Shown: positions 1-9,536 of the stretch, piece by piece
Layout: each line of letters opens with the position of its first letter
Position numbering within the stretch: the first letter of the stretch is position 1
IMG/VR virus record: IMGVR_UViG_3300036791_000399
Span: 10,076 to 74,075 of that record
Source: a virus
Strand: one strand, 5' to 3'
Length of the DNA: 64,000 nt
The notes under the pieces: model-generated
Databases searched by the model: none
What the model saw: the letters and a program-made list of their open reading frames with translations, nothing else
What the model was told of the DNA's origin: nothing
Made by a program: the position numbers and the translations under genes

Positions 1-210
1 GTCAAAGCGATCAAGAAATCTAGCCCTGGCGTGAATCCGTGGGCTGTCGGAACGGCTAGCCTCCAACGCGCGGGTGAACTCAAAGCCGGAACTAACCAAC
101 CGACCAAGCTCGGCGTGAAGCGTGGCAAGATGAGTCGCAAAGAGCGTCACGCACATCCGCTAGCGACGGGAGGGGCGGTTAAGCCGTCGCTCGGCCGAGC
201 GGGGCGCTAA
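1..210 (+). CDS. 3' end of a small basic protein truncated by the window edge (VKAIKKSSPGVNPWAVGTAS...HPLATGGAVKPSLGRAGR*)
   Basis: Frame 1 is open from base 1 to TAA at 208-210 (manual translation); carries the LATGGAV copy of the virion GG motif. Confidence 0.6.
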   Translation, partial: VKAIKKSSPGVNPWAVGTASLQRAGELKAGTNQPTKLGVKRGKMSRKERHAHPLATGGAVKPSLGRAGR

Positions 211-437
211 GCGCCAGGACCGTTGATCCGCCGAAGGATGTCGGTGCATTCGTCGATCACATTGATCAGTTTGCCGTCGACGGTTTGGATCGAGCAGTGG
301 ACGTCGGAGTGCAGAAGGTCGCTCTGCGGCTTGCGGATTGACACGATCTCTCGCGGGTTGACGTAAATGTCCTGCCCGTCCAGGCTGTGAACCAAGATCA
401 GTATCACGGCGGCGACAAGCAGCTTCATGGCGCGCAC
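207..437 (-). CDS. small hypothetical protein resembling the FlbD/SwrD small domain
   Basis: Pattern LxxLDGxxIYVNPxxIxxI...IQTVDGKxIxVxxxxxxIxxxI; GGAGGGG upstream. Confidence 0.5.
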   Translation of the reverse strand: MRAMKLLVAAVILILVHSLDGQDIYVNPREIVSIRKPQSDLLHSDVHCSIQTVDGKLINVIDECTDILRRINGPGA

Positions 438-476
438 CGCCGCCTGGACCCCTCCGCTCGGTAGATTAGCAGATCT

Positions 477-505
477 TTGTCACGCGCGCTGGAGTGGGAT
501 AGAAC
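477..505 (+). promoter_or_regulatory. sigma70-like promoter upstream of the portal operon
   Basis: TTGTCA-17 bp-TAGAAC, followed by a purine-rich RBS region (GGAGG, GGAGA) before ATG 547. Confidence 0.45.
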
Positions 506-546
506 TTTTCGCGAGGTGAGAGGGGAGGTGCTGGAGATCTCATCCC

Positions 547-897
547 ATGGCCACGACGCCAACGACACCCCAGAAGCCTGCCGACCCGCACCCGGCCGGT
601 AAACCTGCCGACAATGCGACTAAGCCCGAGCCGCCGAAGCCGCTGAAGGTTGAAGACGCCGCCGAGCTATTCAGGAGCGGCAGTCGGCTCGCCAAAATGG
701 GCGATCCGCCGGAGAAATGGTTCTCGATGGGCCGCACCCCGGACGGAACCGCTGTCCTTCAGGAGCCGCTGAGCGACGCGAAGCTTGAGGAGGTCAAGAA
801 GGGTTCGTACTACTTGGTCGAGGATCAGGGCTCCTATCATATTCCGCCCCCGGCCCCGCCTCCAGCCTCAGAGCCAGCCCCAGCCAAAGGGACTTAA
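547..897 (+). CDS. hypothetical Pro-rich protein
   Basis: ORF with RBS; ends 3 nt before the portal start. Confidence 0.7.
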   Translation: MATTPTTPQKPADPHPAGKPADNATKPEPPKPLKVEDAAELFRSGSRLAKMGDPPEKWFSMGRTPDGTAVLQEPLSDAKLEEVKKGSYYLVEDQGSYHIPPPAPPPASEPAPAKGT

Positions 898-900
898 TCC

Positions 901-3567
901 ATGCCTGCAGGCCTTGGGGCCATCCGTCTGCCGGCGTCACCGGTCGACGGAATGGACGATATGGCGACGCCGCCATTCGGCGGCCGCCAGGGCACCGTCG
1001 TCATCGACCTGGGGGACGACGAGCCCGACATCCCCGAGGTCGATACCGACAAGGGCGTCGAGATCGAGGGCGGCGGCGTCATCGTCCGAATCGGGCCTGC
1101 GCTCGCCGACAGGAAGAACCTAAAGTTCAACGACAACCTCGCCGAGGCGATCCCGCGCAATGTTCTTGGCGGGATCGCCGACGAACTGCTGCAGCGCATC
1201 GAAGAGGACAATAACTCGCGCCGCGAATGGCTCGACACCCGAGCGCGCGGCATCGAGATCCTGGGCCTGAAGATCGAGGCTATGCGATCGAGCGGGCCCG
1301 ATGGCTCAGCGCCCCTGGAGGGCCAGTCGCAGATCCGCGCCAGCCTCTTGTGTGAGGCGGTCGTACGATTTGGGGCGAACGCCTTTTCCGAGCTTTGCCC
1401 GACCGACGGGCCGGCGAAGGTCACCGAGGACACCGCAGCCTCGACCGCCGATCTCGACGACCTCGCCGACGCTCTGGAGAAGGTGCTCAACCATTACCTG
1501 ACGACGATCGACAAGCCCTGGGTGCCAGACACCGACGCGATGCTGTTGCGGGTCGGCGTCGATGGTTGCGTGTTCAAGAAGGTCTATCACGATCCCATTC
1601 TCCGCAGACCGATCTCGCGCGCCGTGTTCGGCGAAGACGTGATCATCAACAATTCCGCGACCTCGATCTATGACGCCAAGCGCATCACGCACCGGGTGAT
1701 GATGGCGCCGTCGACCCTGCGCCGGATGCAATTGGTCGGCGCCTATCGCGACGTGCCGCTCGGCGATCCTGGCTGGAAGCAGAAGGACGCGCCCGAGATT
1801 CAGTCGGAGCAGATCGGCGGCGTACGCAGGAACGAGAGCTACGAGCGCGACGATCGCGATCACGAGATCTTCGAATGCTACTGCGAACTCGACCTGGAGG
1901 GTTTCGAGCACGAGACAGCCGGCGAACCGGACGGTCTTGCCGTGCCTTTCAAGGTGGCGATCGATCGTGAATCGAAGGAGGTGTTGGAGATCCGGAGGAA
2001 TTGGAACGAAGAAGATGACATGTGTTTGCCAAAGACGTTCTTCGTCCAGTTTCCATTCATTCGAGGCTTTGGAATTTATGCTATTGGCCTCTCGCATCTC
2101 TTGGGCAATATTACAAACGGCATCACTGCTGCTTGGCGAGAGTTCATCGATGCCGGGATGTTCGCGAACTTTCCTGGCCTATTGGCTGCAAAGGGGGCTG
2201 GGCGGCAAGACAATTCTGTAATCAGGATCCCTCCTGGCGGCGTTAAGGAGATTGAGACCGGCGGCTTGCCGATACAGCAAGTCGTGATGGGAATGCCCTA
2301 CAAATCCCCCGACGCCACCTTCGTTCAGTTCATTCAGCAGCTAAACTCAGAGGGCCAGCGCCTCGGCGGCACCGCCGACGTGATGGTGGGCGAGGGCCGT
2401 CAGGACGCGCCAGTCGGGACGACCCTCGCTCTCATCGAGCAGGCGATCAAACCGCTCCTCGCCACTCACAAACGATTGTGCGCCGCGCAATCGGATGAGC
2501 TTCAGCTTCTTGTCGAGCGGTTCCGCGAGGATCCCCAGGCGCTCTTCCGGCATCAGCGGCCGAGCGCCAACGGGTTTTCCTGGGACGAGCAACTGGTTCT
2601 CAAGGCGCTGAACACCTACCAGATCGTCACGCGCGCGGATCCGAACACCGCCTCGCACCTGCAGCGCATGTTGCGCAACGCCGCGCTCTACATGATGGCG
2701 AAGGACGACCCTGCCGCCTTCAATCTGATGACGGTGCGGCAGGTTTGCATCCGGGGCATCGGGTTCGCGAATCCGGCGCAGTTCATCAATCAGAACCCGC
2801 AGCCGCCGCCCCCGGATCCGAAGGCGATCGCCGCGCAGACGACTGCCCAGGCGGCGCTTCTCGACGCCCAGGCGAAGATGGGGCAACTGCAACTCGACGC
2901 GAAGAACGCGCCGATGGAGGCGCAGGCGCGGCAGATGGACGCGAGCGCCAAGATCCAGGCGGCTCACGCCGGGGTGCAGAAGCAGCAGCTAGCCACGCAG
3001 ACCGCCGGGATGCAGGCGCGTAACGAGCAAATGAAGCCGGCGATGGAGCAGGCTGGGCGCCAGCACGAGGCGGAGCAGAACCAAGCCGATCGGCAGACCG
3101 ACATCCTCAAGGAGCAGTTGAAACACGCGCACGAGATGCGGCTCGCGGGGATGGAGCAGCAAGGCGACATGCAGAAGGCCGGCATGGAGCAGCAGGGCCG
3201 TTTGGCCGAAGTCGGAGCTAAACACCAGACTGAAGTTGCTAAAGCCGGGATGCAGCATCAGGCGTCGATGGAGGAGGCGCATCTGCAGCATCAATCCGCC
3301 ATGGCCCAGGGCGCGCAGGCGCATCAGACCGAAATGGCGAAGGGGCAGCAGCAGCAGGCCACAGCCATGGCCACAGGCGCGCAGCAGCACGAGGGCAAGC
3401 TCGCCGAGATCAAGGCTCAGCCTAAGCCCGCGGCCGCGGCGCCGAAGCGGGCGACCGGCGGCCGGGTGACGACGCCGTTCGGCGAGGCGCGGCAGGCGCC
3501 TGACGGGCACCACTACGTCAAGCACCCGATTTCTGGGCAGTACTTCCGGGTGAAGAGGGGCGAATAA
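901..3567 (+). CDS. portal protein (P22-like podovirus type) with long Q/H/A-rich C-terminal extension
   Basis: Conserved portal blocks (FNDNLAE, SRREW, GCVFKKVYHD, FIRGFGIYAIGLSHLLG, DAPVGTTLALIEQ); size and position. Confidence 0.9.
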   Translation: MPAGLGAIRLPASPVDGMDDMATPPFGGRQGTVVIDLGDDEPDIPEVDTDKGVEIEGGGVIVRIGPALADRKNLKFNDNLAEAIPRNVLGGIADELLQRIEEDNNSRREWLDTRARGIEILGLKIEAMRSSGPDGSAPLEGQSQIRASLLCEAVVRFGANAFSELCPTDGPAKVTEDTAASTADLDDLADALEKVLNHYLTTIDKPWVPDTDAMLLRVGVDGCVFKKVYHDPILRRPISRAVFGEDVIINNSATSIYDAKRITHRVMMAPSTLRRMQLVGAYRDVPLGDPGWKQKDAPEIQSEQIGGVRRNESYERDDRDHEIFECYCELDLEGFEHETAGEPDGLAVPFKVAIDRESKEVLEIRRNWNEEDDMCLPKTFFVQFPFIRGFGIYAIGLSHLLGNITNGITAAWREFIDAGMFANFPGLLAAKGAGRQDNSVIRIPPGGVKEIETGGLPIQQVVMGMPYKSPDATFVQFIQQLNSEGQRLGGTADVMVGEGRQDAPVGTTLALIEQAIKPLLATHKRLCAAQSDELQLLVERFREDPQALFRHQRPSANGFSWDEQLVLKALNTYQIVTRADPNTASHLQRMLRNAALYMMAKDDPAAFNLMTVRQVCIRGIGFANPAQFINQNPQPPPPDPKAIAAQTTAQAALLDAQAKMGQLQLDAKNAPMEAQARQMDASAKIQAAHAGVQKQQLATQTAGMQARNEQMKPAMEQAGRQHEAEQNQADRQTDILKEQLKHAHEMRLAGMEQQGDMQKAGMEQQGRLAEVGAKHQTEVAKAGMQHQASMEEAHLQHQSAMAQGAQAHQTEMAKGQQQQATAMATGAQQHEGKLAEIKAQPKPAAAAPKRATGGRVTTPFGEARQAPDGHHYVKHPISGQYFRVKRGE

Positions 3568-6500
3568 TGCCCGTCCAGGATTTCGGCGACACTGACGGTT
3601 GGACCGCCGAGCCGGTCGATCATGATCCGTTCTCTTCTGAAACGAACCCGTTCGTTGCAGGGAATGTAGGGAACGAATCGGGACCGTTTCGGAAAACCGG
3701 ATTTGCTGGCCACATTGCGGCGACCTCGGACGCCAGCCATCCGCTCACGGCGCGCTCGCTGCCGTTCGCCGCCAGCCAGCCGCAGGAATCCGTTTCATCG
3801 TACGATCCATCCTGGGCCGAGCAGATCGAGTCCGGGGTGGGTGACACCGCTGAGAGCGCGGGGATCCCCAGGGTAGGCGCGCAACGGCTCGGGTCGACGG
3901 CGCGCACTGCGGCCGAATTTACGCCGTTCGTCGGCAACGTCCTGGCGGGCAATGAGGCTTATCGCGCTCAGCAGCGTGGCGATCCCTTTGGCGCAGTGCT
4001 GCATGGCGCGATGGCGGTGCCGATCCCTGGCGCGTCAACTGAGGAAGGCGCGGCGCGTCGTTTGACGCCGCTCGGGTTCTATTCGCATGGCGCCGATGTC
4101 GCGGCGAACCTGCCGCAGGCGAAGGGAACGGCCGAGCAAATGCTCTCCCAACTGGGCAAGCGCGGCGTCAAGCCAGAGGAAATGACACGAGCCGGGGTCA
4201 CCGAAGACAATCTTGCCCTGCCCTTATTCGCCAAGCAGCCGATCACCAGAGAGGAACTGGCCGAGCGCTTCGATCAAGCCATGCCAAAGCTTCAGGAGAC
4301 GGGCTACGGCCAGCAATACTATCGGAACGACGAGTATGGCGGCGGGACTAAATACGATCAGTACACGCTCCCTGGCGGCCAGAATTATCGCGAGTTGCTG
4401 CTGCATCTGCCGGAGGGGCAGGAAACGACGCCTCGCCAGGGCTACGCCATTTTCCACGCTAGCAATGACGACCGGACCCCGGAAAGTCCTGTATTTGCCA
4501 CCGAAGCAGAAGCGCGGCGCGAGCTTGAACGATATCCGCCCAGCCTCGCCTATGAGGTTAGAGATGCGCCGTTTAAGGGAGAGGGCGAGGGGGCAGGCGA
4601 TTACCAAAGCTCCCATTGGGACGTCCCCAATGTCGTCGCTCACTTGCGGATGTCAGATCGGAAAGGCACAGGTGGCGAAAACCTACTGCACCTTGAAGAA
4701 CTGCAAAGCGATTGGGGGCAGGAGGCGCGAAAGGAAGCGGAGGTGAATAGGGTCGCCCCTGGCCCAAGCGATACCGGCGTCCCTAACGCTCCCTTCATTG
4801 GCTCGACTCAAGGCTGGACGGATCTCGGTCTGAAGCGGGCGCTGATTGAGGCTGCGCGCGGCAATTACGATGGCTTGATTTGGACTTCGGGCGCCGATCA
4901 GGCGGCGCGCTATGACCTCTCCAAACAGATCAGCGATTTGTCGTACAGCCCTGACTTCGGTTCTTTGCAGGGGCGCACCACGCGGGGTTATCGAGGCATC
5001 AACGAATCCAACATTCCGCCCGAGAAGCTGGCGGACTACGTCGGCGCCGAGACTGCGAAGAAGCTGCTGGGTACGCCGCTTGGCCCGCATTGGAATGCTG
5101 GGGGCGGGGCTACATTCGAGGACGGCTGGCACACGCTCTCCGGCCTCGATCTCCAGACTGGCGGCGAGGGAATGAAGGGCTACTACGACCGCCTTCTTCC
5201 GAATCGGCTCGCAACGCTGACCAAAAAGCTCGACCCCGACGCTAAGGTCGGCACGACGCGGGTTCCAGGCTTCCTGGATTTGACCCCCTTTCGTGAAGGA
5301 GGCGGCCAATATTCGGTTCAGAACCGCGCAGGCGACTTCACCGATGCGGGACCGCGCTTCAACAGCAAGGCCGAGGCGCTTGACGAGATCGCGCGGCGCA
5401 AAGCCGCCGATCCTGGCAAGGAGTTCCAGCATCTCCCGATCACGCCGCTGATGCGTGAGAAGATCCTCAAGGGCCTGCCGCAGTACAAACGGGGAGGGAG
5501 AATCGCGATGGCTGACGGCGGCGCATCTGACTACGTGCCAACCGGTTCCGTCACTTTCGCTCATGGCTCCCTGGAGCCGGTCGACGGGGATCCTTTCCCC
5601 CCTGCGCCTCAAGTCCTGGACAGCGACATCAATCGCGCCAAGGGCTTTCCGGAGCCGCGCTCGCCGATGCACGATCGCATCGCCGCCGCCTCCCAGGACG
5701 ATCATGGCGACGCGCCAGCCACGGGCGTCATCTCGCCCGAAGCCATGTATCAGCAAACCCCGCACTCGACGGAAACGCTGGCGCACTACGCCGGCAACCC
5801 GGAGCACGCGATGCCGCTGCGGATCGGCGCCGCGGTGGGCGAAGAGGGCAAGCGCATGGGCCAAGCGCTGTGGAGCGCCGCTACGGCTCCTGGGGACGTG
5901 CTCACCGGCAAGGCGAGCATGGCGGATCCGGAGACGCAAAATCGGGTCATAGGGCTGGCTGCGTCGTTGCCTGGAGGAGGTCCGGAGGCGGCGCTCGGCG
6001 CTCGCGGGCCGGTCGGCGCTGCTGCCAAAGCCGCAAAGCGCGCCCCAGCGGAGCGCGAGCTTAACACCTGGAACGCAGAGACTGGCCAATGGGAGGGCCC
6101 AAAACCAAAGATGAACCCGCCGGAGGGCGTGACTTACCCGCCGCTGTTCAACCTCGACCCAGAGGTGATGAACAAGGTGCCGGATGTCCCCCAGTTCGAC
6201 TTGCCGCGCTATGACCCGCCGCGCGGCGTCTCGGAGCGGATGCGCGACTTGGTGACCAATCCGGATGTCCGGAAGCAAATGATCCAGTTGGTCCGCAACG
6301 GGATGCAGACCGTTGGGCTGAGTTGGTACAATACTGGCCAGCTACGCGCCATGTTCTTGAAGGAACTGGGTGACACTGAGGGGCAGCAGGCTTTTGAGAA
6401 GTACATGAATCTCGTGTCAGCCACGAGTCCTGAGAACAAGATCCCGCAGAACATCAGAACAGCTAGCCATTTCTATGAGAGAGACGCGCAAGGCGTGCCG

Positions 6501-7223
6501 CCGCCGGAACGAGGCGATCCAATTGCGCAGCCCTACGGCTCTAAGGCGCAGAAGCTTCACCAGCAAAACGTGAAGAACGTCCTAACCGAAGGCTATGACG
6601 TCCTGCAAAATCCGAAGCCGCCGTCTTTCGTTCAGAACCTGATGGGTAATTACGCCCCTGGCACGATGGACCGGCACGCCTTCAAGCTCCCGGCGATGCT
6701 GTCTCGTGATCCGCGCTTCCTGGAGACGTCGTTCACGCCGGAGAAAGGCGCGGCGCCGGTGCGCCCCCAAGAGATGTATCGAAACGGGAAGCTGACGATT
6801 GACGATGCGGTCAATCAGCCGACCATGTGGGCGGGTATGCCGAACAAGAACGAATATGCCGCGCTTGAGGGCTACTACAAATCGATCGCCGATGAACTCG
6901 GGATCACGCCAGCCCAGGTGCAGGCGTCGGCCTGGGTGGGCGGCGGACACGTCACGGGGCTGGCCTCAGCCGCTGACGAGACGTTCCTGCATTCTTTCCA
7001 GGGGAGAGTCTTCAACACTGCGCACCATACCGGGCAGACGCCCGCGGAAGTGGTCAGGAAGATGATTCGCGGCGAGCAGCCTTTGTTGGCGGGCGGGCCG
7101 GGAATGGCACCAGTTCTCCCGCAGGGTCAGGCTCGGAAAGAAGCTCAAACTTCGACGGCTGGGGCGGGAGCTTTGCCTCCGCAACCATCTGATCAAGAAC
7201 TTCGCGAACACCCGTTTTATTGA
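3567..7223 (+). CDS. large polyvalent virion-associated protein with two enzyme-like modules; the second is HhH-GPD/DNA-glycosylase-like
   Basis: Module 1 YRELLL..SHW..NVVAHLR..LHLEELQSDW; module 2 WY..SATSP..N..PKPPSF..TMDRH..Y..A.ELG.TPAQVQASAW; start overlaps portal stop (TAATG). Confidence 0.75.
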   Translation: MPVQDFGDTDGWTAEPVDHDPFSSETNPFVAGNVGNESGPFRKTGFAGHIAATSDASHPLTARSLPFAASQPQESVSSYDPSWAEQIESGVGDTAESAGIPRVGAQRLGSTARTAAEFTPFVGNVLAGNEAYRAQQRGDPFGAVLHGAMAVPIPGASTEEGAARRLTPLGFYSHGADVAANLPQAKGTAEQMLSQLGKRGVKPEEMTRAGVTEDNLALPLFAKQPITREELAERFDQAMPKLQETGYGQQYYRNDEYGGGTKYDQYTLPGGQNYRELLLHLPEGQETTPRQGYAIFHASNDDRTPESPVFATEAEARRELERYPPSLAYEVRDAPFKGEGEGAGDYQSSHWDVPNVVAHLRMSDRKGTGGENLLHLEELQSDWGQEARKEAEVNRVAPGPSDTGVPNAPFIGSTQGWTDLGLKRALIEAARGNYDGLIWTSGADQAARYDLSKQISDLSYSPDFGSLQGRTTRGYRGINESNIPPEKLADYVGAETAKKLLGTPLGPHWNAGGGATFEDGWHTLSGLDLQTGGEGMKGYYDRLLPNRLATLTKKLDPDAKVGTTRVPGFLDLTPFREGGGQYSVQNRAGDFTDAGPRFNSKAEALDEIARRKAADPGKEFQHLPITPLMREKILKGLPQYKRGGRIAMADGGASDYVPTGSVTFAHGSLEPVDGDPFPPAPQVLDSDINRAKGFPEPRSPMHDRIAAASQDDHGDAPATGVISPEAMYQQTPHSTETLAHYAGNPEHAMPLRIGAAVGEEGKRMGQALWSAATAPGDVLTGKASMADPETQNRVIGLAASLPGGGPEAALGARGPVGAAAKAAKRAPAERELNTWNAETGQWEGPKPKMNPPEGVTYPPLFNLDPEVMNKVPDVPQFDLPRYDPPRGVSERMRDLVTNPDVRKQMIQLVRNGMQTVGLSWYNTGQLRAMFLKELGDTEGQQAFEKYMNLVSATSPENKIPQNIRTASHFYERDAQGVPPPERGDPIAQPYGSKAQKLHQQNVKNVLTEGYDVLQNPKPPSFVQNLMGNYAPGTMDRHAFKLPAMLSRDPRFLETSFTPEKGAAPVRPQEMYRNGKLTIDDAVNQPTMWAGMPNKNEYAALEGYYKSIADELGITPAQVQASAWVGGGHVTGLASAADETFLHSFQGRVFNTAHHTGQTPAEVVRKMIRGEQPLLAGGPGMAPVLPQGQARKEAQTSTAGAGALPPQPSDQELREHPFY

Positions 7224-7332
7224 GAAACTCCTTGAGCGGGAGGCGCTCGATCACCGTCGGGCCCTCCTCTTCGAAGACTTCCAGTTCCCAGCGGTTATTC
7301 CGCCAAAGCGGCCAAGCTGTGTAGCGCATCAC
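7054..7332 (-). CDS. hypothetical protein overlapping the 3' end of the polyvalent gene in antisense
   Basis: Start overlaps the stop of the 7329-7670 ORF; 170-bp antisense overlap lowers confidence. Confidence 0.5.
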   Translation of the reverse strand: MMRYTAWPLWRNNRWELEVFEEEGPTVIERLPLKEFLNKTGVREVLDQMVAEAKLPPQPSKFELLSEPDPAGELVPFPARPPTKAARRESSS

Positions 7333-7670
7333 TGGTCACCTGCCGTAGTGTGAAGAAGCTCCATCAACTTGTTGATCTCGATCTTATGCGCCGCGACCGC
7401 CCGATCATGGTCGAGACTATCCTGAATCTGCTCCGGGGTCCGCTGATCCGCTTCCGCGGGCGTGACAGGCTCGACCGTGGGCTCGACTGGCTCGACCGCC
7501 GGCAGGGGGATTGAATCTGGCGGGATCTTCGTAATCTCGACGTAATAGGCTTTTGACGTGCGGGCGTGGATCCCGCCGCAGTGCTGCGGCCATGGGTATG
7601 ACCAAACGCTGTAGCAGTGGGCGTGCGCGGGTTGAGCGATGAGCAGTGCGGCGATAGCGAGTTTGTACAT
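7329..7670 (-). CDS. secreted protein (signal peptide), moron-like
   Basis: MYKLAIAALLIAQPAHA signal peptide with AxA site; strong AGGAGG RBS; own promoter and operator. Confidence 0.75.
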   Translation of the reverse strand: MYKLAIAALLIAQPAHAHCYSVWSYPWPQHCGGIHARTSKAYYVEITKIPPDSIPLPAVEPVEPTVEPVTPAEADQRTPEQIQDSLDHDRAVAAHKIEINKLMELLHTTAGDQ

Positions 7671-7685
7671 AGTGCCTCCTGTTGA

Positions 7686-7704
7686 TGTCGCTATTTCTGC
7701 TACA
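7686..7704. promoter_or_regulatory. 19-bp operator TGTCGC-N7-GCTACA
   Basis: Matches the palindromic consensus at 44423, 50190, 57839, 59201 and 59304; just downstream of TTGACA (7722-7717, minus strand). Confidence 0.65.
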
Positions 7705-7715
7705 AGCGAGGCACA

Positions 7716-7743
7716 TTGTCAACCGGGCGGTTTGTGCTAAAAA
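7716..7743 (+). promoter_or_regulatory. rightward promoter for the head operon
   Basis: TTGTCA-16 bp-(GC)TAAAAA; same -35 hexamer as the 477 promoter. Confidence 0.45.
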
Positions 7744-7787
7744 CAGCGACTGAGGCAGTTGTGGGATCGATGACGGGAGGGCTCCCC

Positions 7788-8342
7788 TTATGGGGAGCGC
7801 CAATAGTGAAACTGTCCTCGCTCTTTCATGGCCGCGATCTCGTAGATACGGGCCGCCTCTTCGGCGGTAGCGAAATATCCAAGATGGCGTTTTACGCCAT
7901 TGGAGCGTATCTCGGCTTGAAATTTCCTATTGCGCTGCACCACTCCACGGAACCCAGACTTGCTCTTCGTCTTTCGTTCTTGGTTCCAATTTTGCTCCGT
8001 CACTGTCGCCAACCGCAGTTGCTCCCAGCGATTATCGTTAGGCTTGCGATCCTTGTGATCGATCGTGTTCGGAGGGTCGCGGCCGGTCATCCATTTCCAA
8101 ATCACGCGATGCGCGAGATAGAGATCGCCAGCGATGCCGATTTGGCATTCACCACGCTTTTTGGGCACCCCCGCAGGTTTCCTTGCGTAGCGCGTGTTCC
8201 AAATTTTCCAAGCCCTTGTCGTGACGAAATGGTCTTGCGGTCGCTGCTTCCATGTCAGCGCGCCATTCTCCGGGTCATAATCGAAACAGGCGCGCAAGAA
8301 GTTCTGCGAAGGCAGAATTTTGTTAGGATAGGAGTTAGGCAT
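7788..8342 (-). CDS. HNH homing endonuclease with C-terminal AP2-like domain, antisense insertion
   Basis: YDPENGALTWK, AHRVIW, IDHKDRKPNDNRWEQLR, SGFRGV..HLGYF.TAEEAA; flanked by hairpins at 7781-7798 and 8368-8402. Confidence 0.9.
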   Translation of the reverse strand: MPNSYPNKILPSQNFLRACFDYDPENGALTWKQRPQDHFVTTRAWKIWNTRYARKPAGVPKKRGECQIGIAGDLYLAHRVIWKWMTGRDPPNTIDHKDRKPNDNRWEQLRLATVTEQNWNQERKTKSKSGFRGVVQRNRKFQAEIRSNGVKRHLGYFATAEEAARIYEIAAMKERGQFHYWRSP

Positions 8343-8424
8343 CGGAAGATAGCCCTTCTGATGTTCAGAGACGCCGTCGTCCTTGCCGGGAGGCGGCGTC
8401 TCGTCAGCTTAGCGGAGTTGAGCT

Positions 8425-9318
8425 ATGCCAGCTAGCCTCACGCCCAAAGATCATACCTCCGCCGTCCTCAAGCGCATGAACCTCGCCGGGTCGATTCCCG
8501 GTAATCTCGACCGGAATAACGATGCTCAAGCGGACAACTACGGTCTAGCCTCCGCCCGCTCGTCCGACGCTTCCAGTTTTAAACTCACCGGAGCCCCGAA
8601 ATCGCCTCACATGGGGCGCCCTGGCAGGCAGGCTGGCGGCCGGATCTCAGGCGATCTTGTCCGCACCCGGCGCACTCCGCGAGAAACCGCCGCCGATATC
8701 GCGGACGAAGAGAGGACTGTCCAGGCGCTCGCCAAGGACCGCGCGACCGGCGGCCGGATCGGGCGCTCGCTCGGCGGCTCGGCGACCGCCAAAGACGAAT
8801 ACACCCAAGCCGGGAGGACGATGACCAACGAGGACGCCTCCGGGAAGGATCGATTTACCGGCGGAGATTTCCCTCCCAGCCACGCTAGTGGCGGCCGGGT
8901 CGGCCGCGCGCATGGCGGCCGCACCGCCAAGGGCAAGACCACAGTCAACGTGATCATCGGGGGACAAAAGGCCAATGCGCCGACGCCTCCCATGCCGCCA
9001 CCGCCGATGGCCGCTCCCGGACCCGTCGGCCCGCCTCGTCCGCCGCCAGTGATGCCGCCTCCCGGTGGGCCTCCTGGCGGAATGCCGATGGGCGGCGCGC
9101 CTCCGGGCATGGCTGGCGCCTCACCTCCCGGCGCTCCGCCGATGCTCAGAGCGCGCGGGGGGAGGATCGAGGCCGAAACCGCCGGCAGGCACGACTTCGG
9201 CAAGGCCGGCGTCCACAGTTTCGGCAAGGGGGGCACTAGGGCCGGGGTCAGCCTCAAGCGCGAGTACGGATCTGGCAGCGGCCTCGGCCGCATGGAGATC
9301 GCGCGCAAGGAGAAATGA
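8425..9318 (+). CDS. low-complexity basic/Pro-rich putative internal head protein with six GG motifs
   Basis: RQAGGR, RATGGR, RSLGGS, HASGGR, RAHGGR, RARGGR; GGAG RBS. Confidence 0.75.
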   Translation: MPASLTPKDHTSAVLKRMNLAGSIPGNLDRNNDAQADNYGLASARSSDASSFKLTGAPKSPHMGRPGRQAGGRISGDLVRTRRTPRETAADIADEERTVQALAKDRATGGRIGRSLGGSATAKDEYTQAGRTMTNEDASGKDRFTGGDFPPSHASGGRVGRAHGGRTAKGKTTVNVIIGGQKANAPTPPMPPPPMAAPGPVGPPRPPPVMPPPGGPPGGMPMGGAPPGMAGASPPGAPPMLRARGGRIEAETAGRHDFGKAGVHSFGKGGTRAGVSLKREYGSGSGLGRMEIARKEK

Positions 9319-9536
9319 TGCTCGATGCGTCGTCGCTCTATTTCGGGCGCAGGCTCCTGGAGATGATTCAAGAGAAACAACTCGAAATGCAAAAGCCGCT
9401 CTTGTCGGGGGCGGCGCTCGATTACCCCGACTACAAGGACCGCGCCGGGTATCTGCGGGCCTTAGCCAACGTCGTTAGCTGGATGGAAAAGATCAGCCTG
9501 GAGGAGGAAAACACTCGTGGCGCAAGTAGCCTATAG
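9315..9536 (+). CDS. small helical phage protein
   Basis: Translational coupling (ATGA); DYKDRAGYLRAL; typical position before phage GroES. Confidence 0.75.
   Translation: MMLDASSLYFGRRLLEMIQEKQLEMQKPLLSGAALDYPDYKDRAGYLRALANVVSWMEKISLEEENTRGASSL

Noticed and set aside
7716-8435. 239-aa plus-strand ORF, or a group I intron around the HNH gene
   Set aside because: The ORF is the antisense shadow of a clear HNH gene; the HNH is intergenic and no intron core elements were recognised
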